Below are positions 9,801 to 19,012 of a DNA stretch of 64,000 nucleotides, piece after piece. Position numbers and translations under genes: made by a program. Within the stretch, counting starts at the first letter, position 1. Every line of letters begins with the position of its first letter. The notes beneath the pieces were generated by a model. The model worked only from the letters and a program-made list of their open reading frames with translations, did no database searches and was not told the DNA's origin. The stretch is from Candidatus Iainarchaeum sp. (GTDB lineage Archaea > Iainarchaeota > Iainarchaeia > Iainarchaeales > VGJJ01). The DNA lies in the NCBI GenBank assembly GCA_043803765.1, contig JAZDJQ010000012.1:109194-173193 (forward strand), given 5' to 3'.

Positions 9801-11782
9801 CCAACTAGGGATGGAAAGTATTTCACAGGAAAGTTTTCTCCCGTGTACGGATTCACTCCTTGGGATCCTTCTTCTCCTTTGTTCCGGGCTAAATCAATCC
9901 AATCGAGTACTGCACTTGCAATCTGCTTGTATTCCGGATTCAGTGTAAGGGAATACGCCATGCTTGCCTGCTTGAGTGAACGGCCATCACTTCTTCCTTG
10001 GGAAGACCCTCCAGTAACCCCTCCTCCATTTTTCCAAAACCAGTAAAAGGAAAGAGAGCCCGTCTGGGCTTTGGCATCCCCTATGTACCACGCCATTTGG
10101 TCATCGGTTAGCATGTACCGATACCATAATACCCCATTAGAAAAGTGGGCAGTCTCCCATGCGTTCCAACCATGATGATACGGATTCTGACCGCTGGCCT
10201 GAGCATAATCCCAAATGTTTTGTCCATAAGCATCAATGCGATGCGAAAGAGGAGTTCCCTTCGTTGGATGACAAAAACCAAGAATATCAGGAGCATTATA
10301 GGTTTGGCCGCACTTCGTTGGACTGGTGGGACCTGTTCCTACTCCTTCGATAAGGGGAGCGGCATACGCATTGGGAAGAGCTTTAGGATTCTTGATCGTG
10401 GAATACCCTACTACGTAATTGGAACCATATGTTTCACTATACATTTGGAACCGCATGGCATCCACTGCTCTTTTTTGGCAATGGTCCTGGCAACTGTAAA
10501 GGTAAGCCACCAATTGGGGTGGTTCAGCTTGGTAGTAGTCATAGTATCCTCCCGAGCGGAGGTCCTTATTCAATAAATTGGGGGAAAAACGATAACCTTT
10601 GTTCCCGTTGATCGTGTCCGTGTAGATAGTAGTATATTGTGATGTAGCCAGTCCTTTCACATCAAGGGATGGATTCACTTTCAAAGGGTTGGGGACTTCC
10701 GAAAAGAAATAACCGCTTATTTTGTTCCAGCGGGAAAGAGTTTGACCCGAATTAATCACATATTCTTCTATTGGATGCTGGACGAATGGCACGCCAAACG
10801 TTATCACAAATCGGGTTAGGAAACCCTGTCCGGATCCAATGAAGTTGCTTTGCTGGGCTAGACTCGGCCCCTCATTATGAGTGTCTTTCAATAATTGTTG
10901 TCCATTTGCAGGCATGATTACTAATTCGGTGTGCGTAGAAGTGGTCTCCACCTCATTGATGGCCGTAGGAAAAATGAATGATTCATCCATCAAATAGGTA
11001 GTGTGCGCGTCGCCAGGAGTATCCACTACTATTTTTGCATCCGTGTAAAAAATAGCCCCATAATTTGGATTCTCATACAAGTAGCCATTATTGAATCCTC
11101 CTGTTGGCTGCGGCTCGGGGTCTTCATCCAAGTTATTTGAATTGACTAGGAAATGGTCCACCGTAACATAGGGTTTTCCCGAGTAGGCGGTGATGAGGAA
11201 AACGGAAGAAAAAAGATGAGTCAACTCTTCGCTACCAGTTGCCGGGTCATGCCGTTTAACGATACGCCATGTTTTTTCCACGGGACCATTACGCACCAGC
11301 GTAACATTCCCAGAATAGGATGGACTGTCCACATCCACAAAAGTAGTATATAACCCTCCTTTGATATCATGCACTTCTACTTTCATTTTGCCATTTGTAA
11401 GAAAGGAATTAACCCTCGAATCCATCACAAAAGAAGGAGGGCTTCCTGAGTAAGTACCAATAGTGAAAATCTTTTCTTGATTTGGATTTAGTGTGACTAA
11501 AACTTTGGCAACGGCCGTTTTGACATAGCCGCTCTTATAGAAACTCGTGGCATCTGCTTGCGTGATAAGATTCCCCGTTCCGCTCTGCAATTGGATTCCT
11601 GAAATTTGATCGGGTGTTTTTTCCCCATCCGAAAAGGATAGAGGAACGTGCACGGGATGATCGGTTACTAATCCCCCGGCGTTTTGAATAAACACCTCGG
11701 AGTCGGTTAAGGCCGAAACAGAAATGCTCCAACAGAACCAAAAAAATAAGACGATCCAAAAAAAATGGGGAAACGTTTTCAT
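6821..11782 (-). CDS. very large secreted/surface multidomain protein (1653 aa)
   Basis: signal peptide; about 850-aa aromatic-rich region; DCHDGNPNINPNVAESCNNGTDDNC and ELCNGIDDDCD repeats; 3 IPT/TIG-like repeats; FN3; D/G-rich linker; C-terminal hydrophobic anchor. Confidence 0.85.
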   Translation of the reverse strand: MKTFPHFFWIVLFFWFCWSISVSALTDSEVFIQNAGGLVTDHPVHVPLSFSDGEKTPDQISGIQLQSGTGNLITQADATSFYKSGYVKTAVAKVLVTLNPNQEKIFTIGTYSGSPPSFVMDSRVNSFLTNGKMKVEVHDIKGGLYTTFVDVDSPSYSGNVTLVRNGPVEKTWRIVKRHDPATGSEELTHLFSSVFLITAYSGKPYVTVDHFLVNSNNLDEDPEPQPTGGFNNGYLYENPNYGAIFYTDAKIVVDTPGDAHTTYLMDESFIFPTAINEVETTSTHTELVIMPANGQQLLKDTHNEGPSLAQQSNFIGSGQGFLTRFVITFGVPFVQHPIEEYVINSGQTLSRWNKISGYFFSEVPNPLKVNPSLDVKGLATSQYTTIYTDTINGNKGYRFSPNLLNKDLRSGGYYDYYQAEPPQLVAYLYSCQDHCQKRAVDAMRFQMYSETYGSNYVVGYSTIKNPKALPNAYAAPLIEGVGTGPTSPTKCGQTYNAPDILGFCHPTKGTPLSHRIDAYGQNIWDYAQASGQNPYHHGWNAWETAHFSNGVLWYRYMLTDDQMAWYIGDAKAQTGSLSFYWFWKNGGGVTGGSSQGRSDGRSLKQASMAYSLTLNPEYKQIASAVLDWIDLARNKGEEGSQGVNPYTGENFPVKYFPSLVGTYEYNTLHPFHHYLVMMGIAAAGEDVFRTTDAQYATIRQYVQDGLYFVYHYLYKNPTAVRNGILYNDYPLNEGKGFDSDYYMFVYKAATSTQGEKYTLFDGEKGSDSQEQIGLCPTLALAESIRKTDPSFIPEYDQYFQDFAESFQAIHNQRTRTSEKGIQIQSLNDDEVCGITYFMGVPNAANQGFLNGYFSTNYTPSCTDADGDGVTTCAGDCHDGNPNINPNVAESCNNGTDDNCNLLTDCQDIGCGTYHWATSSWVIDSASCSGKPYCGNSVLDSGETCDVVPLQSYGTAINPIPPYTCVPAFTSFYQGCQYSSSATFYLGQVIPSEFGVGKTASLTLKGVGFTPSATVKIGSLTLTPVFVDSTTLTVNLSISQTNSLGIGTHFVQVTQSGQNSNAVPVQGVDQTLALTSLSPTTIAYEIGTTLTLNGSNFTATDQVDIDGKVLALSSFVNSTQVKAGLSASFQQQLGLGTHNVRIKQGTEYSNSLPVLFADISPTLNAITPNNIESDTASLLAFTGTNFKMSAKVHIGSLGDITPLWVTSGQLTYTLSLNQINSLGNGQHEVYVIHPNGMKSGSLFLQINDPLPNAPSNLTATIQGGIVTLIWNDNADDEIEYIVERSTDNFNWSIIKNGLPPGTITYADGTVQQGTYYYRIAARSVIGLSPYSNVASITIGGSTNIEPNVGSLTTNTAFDSVSLGQKATLQLIIQKLHSAGEGYTHSRSMIFGVFCRIDHPDPQRAFHCQELDDFWKMAEVFYLSPDPFVLGSFFNARTYNYNSIYPQPLLPVTSVEKGIDIPEGTTSLAITVEPTALNLSKGTYRFIGSLFPIIYDFSGGNSNIVETDITDNFVLLNFEVTSPDSGNEDDDDEDDFDYSDSGEGDGGNGGGDGDSGSGNSGGGGDNPSLSCVPSIELCNGIDDDCDLEIDEGCIVQSLSPCENGQYDRGELGIDCGGVCSQSCYLPIPESTSLFFIAALNPLILLFQFFLRLIGF

Positions 11783-12032
11783 GGGCAGGAAAACGATCTT
11801 CTTTTAGAATATAAACAAATGCAGTATTCCGGCTTTCCCCGCAACATATTAAAAAAAAGAACTTAAAAAAAAGGCATTAGCCCAATACTGCATTTAATTT
11901 TTTTTAATTCACTTTTATGGACAAATCGCGGTATTCCAGAGGCTTCCAATACCCAGTATAATCCAACGATACGTTAAGAATTAACACATGAAAAACACCC
12001 CTTCTTAAAAAGAAAGAAAATTCCCCTTGCCT

Positions 12033-12548
12033 ATGCAGAAAAAAAATGGGCAGGGAAGTATCGAATACTTACTCTTGATTGGAGGCGTAATATTAGTAGG
12101 AGTCATTATCCTCGTGATGGTGTTCGACGTTGCAGGGAAGGGAAAAGACATTTTACAATACAACTTGTACGCCAGCACTAAAATCACCGACACAACATTT
12201 GATAATACTTTTATTCCTCTCACGGATTTGTTTTTTGACGCGATGGGTGCCCCGGCATCCGTGATTTTCACATATTCCGCTCCGGGGGCGAATGAGTTTT
12301 TACTTGTAGTGGAAAAAGGAGAACATGGAAAAATTGATGTATATGATACTTCCATCGCGTTCACAGAAAATGCAGATGAACTCATCATGTATTCGCTCCC
12401 ATTTTTTGAAACAAGCGCCACGTTGGGAGGATTAGAAGACTGCACTCAATATTATTTCCGTCTACGCGCTTGCAGCAGCAGTGGCATTTGCAAAGTATCC
12501 GAAGTGGTATCGGCGACCCCTGCGTCAATAGGATATCCCTGCTCATGA
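12033..12548 (+). CDS. class III signal peptide protein with FN3-like C-terminus
   Basis: KKNG|QGSIEYLLLIGGVILV; LEDCTQYYFRLRAC. Confidence 0.8.
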   Translation: MQKKNGQGSIEYLLLIGGVILVGVIILVMVFDVAGKGKDILQYNLYASTKITDTTFDNTFIPLTDLFFDAMGAPASVIFTYSAPGANEFLLVVEKGEHGKIDVYDTSIAFTENADELIMYSLPFFETSATLGGLEDCTQYYFRLRACSSSGICKVSEVVSATPASIGYPCS

Positions 12549-12551
12549 TAA

Positions 12552-13283
12552 TCAATCAATCATGCGAAAAAATAATACGAATCCTACTAAAATGGGTTGG
12601 TGAATGAGATAGATGAGAAGTGATTTTCTTCCCAACCATGCAATAATGGAAGCGCTCTGTCGAGTAAGAAAAAAACATTCTCCCACCCTACCATATCGTT
12701 TATACCAATAATGACCAAACCCCATTCCAAGCAACATCAATCCAAACCATGGCAGTAAGGGAAAATAATCAAACGTGGTAAAAATGAAAGGAAAAATTCC
12801 AATCCAGTGGGGAAAAGAAAAAAGAGAAGGAGTAAGTGATAATCCTATTCCAATAAGTAAGACTATTGTTCCTATTCCTATTGCAACGCGAGGATGTTGC
12901 GCAAAAGGAATGGATAATATCATTCCTGCTCCTAAAAAGTGAAGAATGCCAAACCAGATAGTATACGCAGGGAATAGAAAGTATGTTACAAGGGTGATAA
13001 TTCCTCCTAATCCAATCAAAAATAGTCCTCTTCTCAAAAGATAGGTTGTTACATTTTTTCCTTTTCGATTAAAAGCAAGCGGAATCGTTATTCCTGCAAG
13101 AAAAACAAACATTCCTGCAATGATGCGTGCAAACCAAAACCATGCACCCGTATGGATGCTTATTTCCAACACGTTAAAATAATTCAAATCAAAAAAAAAA
13201 TGAAATAGTATCATCCCTAGCACCGCAAGACCGCGAAGAAAATCAAAAAAAACGATTCGTCCCAGAAAAATACCTACCGGCAT
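12552..13283 (-). CDS. DUF1624/HGSNAT-like membrane acyltransferase
   Basis: DFLRGLAVLGMILFHFFFD, FGILHFLG, DYFPLLPW, GRKSLLIYLIHQP. Confidence 0.85.
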   Translation of the reverse strand: MPVGIFLGRIVFFDFLRGLAVLGMILFHFFFDLNYFNVLEISIHTGAWFWFARIIAGMFVFLAGITIPLAFNRKGKNVTTYLLRRGLFLIGLGGIITLVTYFLFPAYTIWFGILHFLGAGMILSIPFAQHPRVAIGIGTIVLLIGIGLSLTPSLFSFPHWIGIFPFIFTTFDYFPLLPWFGLMLLGMGFGHYWYKRYGRVGECFFLTRQSASIIAWLGRKSLLIYLIHQPILVGFVLFFRMID

Positions 13284-13290
13284 AACTTTC

Positions 13291-13593
13291 TCACACAACA
13301 CCCATGAATATCCACACAAACCGTTGTCGTGCTACTTTATACACGCGCTTCTCCTCATCTGTGAGAGAATACACAACTTTTTTTCCCTCTTTTTCCTCGT
13401 GAATAAGACCTATTTCTTTGAGTGACTTTAATGCAGGGTAAATGGTTCCCGGGCTGGGTCGTTCTCCTTTTCTTTTTTCCAGTTCAATGGCAATTTCCTG
13501 TCCGTGCATCGACTTTTTAGAAAGGAGAAAAAGAATAAGGAAAGAGAGCAATCCCCGCATGTCGCAGCAAGTCTTTTCTTTTGTTTTCACCAT
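13291..13593 (-). CDS. PadR family regulator
   Basis: HGQEIAIEL...SPGTIYPALKSL...YSLT. Confidence 0.9.
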   Translation of the reverse strand: MVKTKEKTCCDMRGLLSFLILFLLSKKSMHGQEIAIELEKRKGERPSPGTIYPALKSLKEIGLIHEEKEGKKVVYSLTDEEKRVYKVARQRFVWIFMGVV

Positions 13594-13654
13594 GCTGTCT
13601 ATCGGGCACCCGACTTATATAAAGGGGATTGTTGCAAACAATCAGTTGCTCAGA

Positions 13655-14803
13655 CTAATTTATTTTCTTCCCATTTTCATAAACAGTCATTTTGCGTTTG
13701 CGTAATTCTTTGAAAAAGTACACTGGAGGAACCACTGCTTCTGGAGCAAAACTTCCTCTTTCAGAAATTACTTTTTCCTTTATCATTTGAGCGATAATAC
13801 TTGCTGGCATGCCCGTGTCAATGTTACACCCGGCATCCATCCAACCAGGAAGCGTATTTACAATACACTCAATCAGCAACATTTTTCGTTCGTGGTTTTT
13901 CTTTCCGTAGATACGAAGCCACAAGTTTTCCTTTTCTTTATAACCTTTTGGAAATTCAATATCTTTGAATGTTTGAGTTACAACATCGATTGGACGAACG
14001 TATTTCCCATCAACTAAAACTTTATCTTGGCGGCCTAATCCAACGTCAATTATTTTCTTGATGACGTCAAATGAATGTGGTGGAAATTCAGCAAAAAAAC
14101 GGACATTTTTCAATCCCTTATGCTTAAAATAGTGATAAAACGTATACGTTTCCGGATGTCGAACATAAAAACAATACTCTTTTCCTACGAATGGTTCTTT
14201 TGTTCGTTTCAATGAATCCATTGGGCGGGATTTAACGAATTTTCCACCCTCAACATTAGTAGAGGGTTCGGTAAACTCCTCGATTATACTTTCCATCGAA
14301 AATGGAACAACAAATTTCTTTATGTTCGAATTCCATGCAAAACCGACTTCAATCTAATAAAGTGAGTCAAATTTTTGTGCAGCATGATTGAGCATAACGT
14401 TACCGATGCCCGGAACCGAACCGCACCCCGTAATATGGGTGAGGCCTTTACGTTTCAACGTGCCGTGAAGTGCAAATTGTTTTCGTGTCATGGGTATTTC
14501 AGAACCCAAATCAATGGAATGAATTCCTGCTTTGACGCTTGCCTTCAGGATGTTTAAATTCCAATCTCCTTCAACACAGTTTACAACCACACTCGCTCCA
14601 GATTGACGAAATGTTTTAACCATTTTTGGAATGTTACGAGCATCAAGATACTCAAATTTTGTTTTTTTATAACGACCTAATAAATGCTTGACTCTTTCCT
14701 TATCGCGTCCGCATAATAAAACTGCACACCCATTTTCTAAAAGGTCACGTGCAACAATACGTCCTTGTATCCCGGTCGCTCCAATCACAACGAAATCAAA
14801 CAT
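13655..14803 (-). pseudogene. saccharopine dehydrogenase-like oxidoreductase interrupted by an in-frame TAG (14354-14356)
   Basis: GATGIQG, GCGSVPG and HPETYT motifs; the two ORFs share a frame: ...DSLY*IEVGFAWNSNIKKFVVPFSMESIIEEF. Confidence 0.8.
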
Positions 14804-14963
14804 TACCACCAGGCGATAGTTTACTAGAATATAAAAATATGTTTAGAAAATGAAGACGGATACCTATAAACGGGTTGTTGGCATACTCATCCTGCCTATT
14901 AGAATCAAAAATAATGACCGGAAAGACAAACCTTTTTACAACTGCCTATTATGGAAATACATT

Positions 14964-15857
14964 ATGCCTTTGATTGAGGGTTTCGATATTGGTGGAACTT
15001 CTATTCGTGCAGCACTTATTAGAAATGAAAAAATGATTGCAAAAAAAACCATTCCAAGCACAAAAGAGGGACATGAAAAACTTTTTTCGACCATCCAAAT
15101 CCTTTCAAAGGAAATTAGAAGCAGCCTTGTTGATGAGAAAGTAGACTATACCGTGATTGGCCTTCCGGGCCCAACGCAAGATAGGGTGTTGCTTAATTCT
15201 GCAACACTTGGAATTGCCTCTCCTGTCTCGCTCGAACCGCTCTTTCATTTTTTTCCTAATCCCCTGCGTTTTGAAAATGATATGAAACTAGCAGTAAAAG
15301 CCGAGTATTTTCATGAACAAGGAAAGAAACAGGACTCATTTTATGTCCTAACATTTAGCACAGGGATTGGTGCTGGACTCGTATGGAATAAGAAAGTATT
15401 GGAAGGAACCATGGGAGAATTTGGCCATATCATATTGAACACTCACACAAAGTCTCCTGCATGTTCATTAGGGCACACGGGTTGCTGGTTTGCATATTCT
15501 TCTGGGTTTGGAATCCAGAAACGTGCTGAAAAAGAAATGAATCAGTCACTTTCCACGATCGATGTTTTTTCGTTAGCCAAAGAAGGAAATGCGATCGCTT
15601 CATCAATCATTTCAGATGCACGAAGAGCAAACGCTCAAGGGATTGGCACCATGTTGAATGTATTTGCAGTTGAACGGATAGTCGTGATGGGAAGTATTGG
15701 ATTGTCCCAATTTACTGAAATTATTCCAACGGTAAAAGAAATCCAGCCCTACACGATTCACCCTATTCCCTCCATCATTCCTACGAGTCTAGGAGATGAC
15801 ATTGGATTGTGGGGGGCATACTATTCGGGTGTTTCTTCTCTTTTAAAAAAAAGTTAA
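14964..15857 (+). CDS. ROK family sugar kinase
   Basis: GFDIGGT, GLPG, END, STGIGAG, GEFGH, CxxGHxGC. Confidence 0.9.
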   Translation: MPLIEGFDIGGTSIRAALIRNEKMIAKKTIPSTKEGHEKLFSTIQILSKEIRSSLVDEKVDYTVIGLPGPTQDRVLLNSATLGIASPVSLEPLFHFFPNPLRFENDMKLAVKAEYFHEQGKKQDSFYVLTFSTGIGAGLVWNKKVLEGTMGEFGHIILNTHTKSPACSLGHTGCWFAYSSGFGIQKRAEKEMNQSLSTIDVFSLAKEGNAIASSIISDARRANAQGIGTMLNVFAVERIVVMGSIGLSQFTEIIPTVKEIQPYTIHPIPSIIPTSLGDDIGLWGAYYSGVSSLLKKS

Positions 15858-15882
15858 AGGTAATGAAAAAAGCATAGAAATG

Positions 15883-16467
15883 TTATTTTAGGCATTGAAA
15901 ACGATAATACCCATATCCTTTCATTCCTAGGTATTTTACGTTGTCAAGTTTGAACCCTGCTTTTTGAAAAATAGATTTAATGTCTTTATCAAAAAACATT
16001 CGTGGATGCTCATCATATTGAACATTGTGAGTAGTCATAAAAAGTAATGAGAGATAGTTTCGCCAATTATTCAATAATGGAATTCCAATCACAATTACCG
16101 CACCCTTTTTACTTACACGGGTTAATTCTTTCAAAAATCCGTTTACTTGCCCCAAGTGTTCAAAAACATCAATAGCAATAATTTGCTCAAAAGAATTGTC
16201 GGGAAAAGGCCATTCATTGCGGGCATCAAAGCACACCGCTTCAATTCCTTCGGACTGAAGCAGCTTGACGGACGCACTCGAAATATCTCCACAAACTAAC
16301 TTGTGTATATGGGGTGTCTGTAATCGAGTCGTGATGCCCGAACCGATATTTAAAGTCGGAACATCGGCCAATCCGCTAAGAAATTTTTCATCGATTTTAG
16401 CTTTTCGCAACGCATGTTCCCGCTTTTCAGGACGATCAAAGTACTTCTCATAATCATAGTCCAGCAT
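15883..16467 (-). CDS. class I SAM-dependent methyltransferase
   Basis: LNIGSG, PFPDNSFE, DVFEHL. Confidence 0.85.
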   Translation of the reverse strand: MLDYDYEKYFDRPEKREHALRKAKIDEKFLSGLADVPTLNIGSGITTRLQTPHIHKLVCGDISSASVKLLQSEGIEAVCFDARNEWPFPDNSFEQIIAIDVFEHLGQVNGFLKELTRVSKKGAVIVIGIPLLNNWRNYLSLLFMTTHNVQYDEHPRMFFDKDIKSIFQKAGFKLDNVKYLGMKGYGYYRFQCLK

Positions 16468-16569
16468 ACTCTACGTAGACGCACTATCTTTTTTACACTA
16501 TCGATAACCCCAAAAAAATCGAATAACGATCGTATTCTCTAGCGATTCCCATGCAATAGAAAAATAAGG

Positions 16570-16589
16570 AGTCCCGCCTCCGGGACTTC
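16570..16589 (-). repeat. tRNA-Tyr 3'-end copy (att-like site, distal end of array)
   Basis: AGTCCCGCCTCCGGGACTTC. Confidence 0.8.
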
Positions 16590-16610
16590 ATCTCTAAAAA
16601 TACTCATTTT

Positions 16611-16769
16611 TCAAAATAAGGCATACACAAATGAGGAAACAGCTGCTGATTGTCCAATAAAAATAAGCAGTGCCACCAGCATAAGCAATACCACAATAGG
16701 CACTAACCACCATACTTTTCGCTTCCACAAAAACTGAAGTAGCCCATTTAAAACAGTTAGTCTGCCCAT
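16611..16769 (-). CDS. DUF5989 (SxtK-like) small membrane protein
   Basis: FLWKRKVWWLVPIVVLL...SSFVYALF. Confidence 0.85.
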   Translation of the reverse strand: MGRLTVLNGLLQFLWKRKVWWLVPIVVLLMLVALLIFIGQSAAVSSFVYALF

Positions 16770-16781
16770 AATGAAGATAGT

Positions 16782-17165
16782 ATGTCCTCCCATTTTAAAA
16801 ATCTAGGGATTTTGCTTGGATTTCTCCCCATTGGGATAATCATTTATGGATTTGTTTTTTCTTCCCCCTCTTTGGTTTTGCCATTCCTTTTGAGTGCCGT
16901 GGCAGTAAATATCCTGCTATTAGTTATTGCGCCGCGAATTTGGAAAAATCCTGCTTTATCCAAAATTAAAATGGGTGCGATGAGTGTTTTTAGTCTATTG
17001 AATAACATTATTGTTTCAGCGGTACTAGCAGTGGCATACGTTTTCAGCGTAGGCATCGTTTTTATTTTCTCCCGCATTATCGGAAAAAAATTCATGAATC
17101 TTTATCCAAAAAAAACGAGCTGGGTGAAAATTGAAAAAGCAAAAGAAGACTATTTGGAGATGTAG
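16782..17165 (+). CDS. SxtJ-like membrane protein
   Basis: hydrophobic, RIIGKKFM...TSWV tail, next to a carbamoyltransferase. Confidence 0.6.
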   Translation: MSSHFKNLGILLGFLPIGIIIYGFVFSSPSLVLPFLLSAVAVNILLLVIAPRIWKNPALSKIKMGAMSVFSLLNNIIVSAVLAVAYVFSVGIVFIFSRIIGKKFMNLYPKKTSWVKIEKAKEDYLEM

Positions 17166-17173
17166 GTGGCGCA

Positions 17174-18916
17174 ATGTACATACTTGGAGTTTCTGCATTT
17201 TATCATGATTCGGCTGCCTGCCTGATTAAAGACGGTGAGATTGTCGCCGCCGCTCAAGAAGAACGTTTCACGAGAAAAAAACACGATAACTCATTCCCAA
17301 AAAACGCAATTGCATATTGCCTCCGGCAGGCAGGCATTTCTCCCAAGGAGGTGAATAAAATTAGTTTTTATGAAAAACCTTATGTCAAATTTGAACGCCT
17401 TCTCTATCAATTTATTGAAACCTATCCAAAATCTTTCTCCACATTCATTGAAACCATCCCTATTTGGCTGAATGAACGGTTAAATGTACCCCAGCATTTT
17501 GAAAAAGAAGGTTTTCGTGCACCCATTCAATATGTGAGTCATCATCTTTCGCATGCAGCAGCCAGTTATTACACTTCCAAATTTGATAATGCGGCCATTC
17601 TCACTATGGATGGTGTAGGAGAATGGGCTACCACCACGATGGGTTTTGCAGAAGGAAATAATATCACACTCACCCATGAAATCCATTTTCCCCATTCGCT
17701 GGGATTGTTATATAGTGCCATTACTGCATATCTTGGTTTTTCAGTGAATAATTCCGAATACAAAGTCATGGGCTTAGCCCCTTATGGAAAACCCAAATAT
17801 AAGAGTGAATTTGACAAGCTCGTTCATGTGTATCCGGATGGCAGTTTCTCCCTCGATATGGATTATTTTGCCTTTACGTATGAAAAAAAAATGAATTCAA
17901 AAAAAATGGAGGAATTATTCAACCATCCCGCTCGAAAAAAAGAATCCGAAGTCACCCAATTCCACAAAGATGTGGCAGCCTCTCTCCAAACCAAAACTGA
18001 AGAAATCGTCATCAAGTTATGCAATGAATTATTTCATCAGACTAAAAAAGAAAATATTTGTTTGGGCGGGGGCGTGGCGCTAAATTCGGTTATTAATGGA
18101 AAAATTTTGACGCAAACGCCTTTCAAAAAAATATGCATCCAGCCCGCAGCAGGAGATGCCGGCAGCGCTATGGGCGCCGCGCTGCATGTATGGCACCATT
18201 ATTCTCCTCAGTCCCTGCGCCTTCCTTTCTCACACGCTTTCTGGGGACCGGGTTTCTCACAGGAAGAAGTAAAAAAATTTCTGGACCAGAAAAAAATAAA
18301 TTATTCCATGCTCAAAAATACACGGGAAATTGCTTCGCATACCGCTAAATTGATTCACGAAGGAAATATTGTGGGTTTTTTCCAAGGGAGAATGGAATGG
18401 GGCCCCCGCGCATTAGGGGCGCGAAGTATTTTGGCCAATCCTACAGACCCAAATATTAAAGATATATTGAACCAGAAAGTCAAGCACCGTGAACATTTTC
18501 GGCCGTTTGCACCGGTGATTCCTGTAGAGGATGCAAAAAATTGGTTTGATTGTGATTTGCCTCTCCCTGAGCCCGCTGATTACATGCTTATGGTGTACCC
18601 TGTCAAAAAATCCAAGCGCGAAAAAATTTTGGGAGTAGTCCACGTGGACGGCTCTGGAAGGTTACAAACCATTCGCAAAAACCAACACGCATTGTATTAT
18701 CAGACCATCCGCGAATTCGAAAAATTATCGGGGGTGCCGATTCTCATTAATACTTCTTTCAATATCCGTGGTGAACCCATTGTGTGCACTCCTGAGGATG
18801 CCTATCGCTGCATGATGGGAACAGGCATTGATTATTTGATGATTGAAAACTTCCTCGTGGCACGAAAAGACAACCTTCAAGATGCTTGGGATAGTGAAAA
18901 ACTAGCAAATGATTAA
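17174..18916 (+). CDS. NodU/CmcH family O-carbamoyltransferase
   Basis: YHDSAA, EERFTRKKH, HHLSHA, EYKVMGLAPYG, GPRALGARS, LINTSFN. Confidence 0.95.
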   Translation: MYILGVSAFYHDSAACLIKDGEIVAAAQEERFTRKKHDNSFPKNAIAYCLRQAGISPKEVNKISFYEKPYVKFERLLYQFIETYPKSFSTFIETIPIWLNERLNVPQHFEKEGFRAPIQYVSHHLSHAAASYYTSKFDNAAILTMDGVGEWATTTMGFAEGNNITLTHEIHFPHSLGLLYSAITAYLGFSVNNSEYKVMGLAPYGKPKYKSEFDKLVHVYPDGSFSLDMDYFAFTYEKKMNSKKMEELFNHPARKKESEVTQFHKDVAASLQTKTEEIVIKLCNELFHQTKKENICLGGGVALNSVINGKILTQTPFKKICIQPAAGDAGSAMGAALHVWHHYSPQSLRLPFSHAFWGPGFSQEEVKKFLDQKKINYSMLKNTREIASHTAKLIHEGNIVGFFQGRMEWGPRALGARSILANPTDPNIKDILNQKVKHREHFRPFAPVIPVEDAKNWFDCDLPLPEPADYMLMVYPVKKSKREKILGVVHVDGSGRLQTIRKNQHALYYQTIREFEKLSGVPILINTSFNIRGEPIVCTPEDAYRCMMGTGIDYLMIENFLVARKDNLQDAWDSEKLAND

Positions 18917-19012
18917 CTATCAAATACGGAGATTCCTTCTCTTGGAAAAAAAGTTGACAGATTAAAAATCCAAAAGCCACCCATTATAAAATTATAGATT
19001 TTTATAGGGTTT

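Noticed and set aside
14354-14356. Genome-wide amber recoding
   Set aside because: TAG terminates many apparently full-length genes in this window
16611-18916. Saxitoxin biosynthesis
   Set aside because: Only generic sxtI/J/K-like genes are present; no sxtA, sxtG or other core genes
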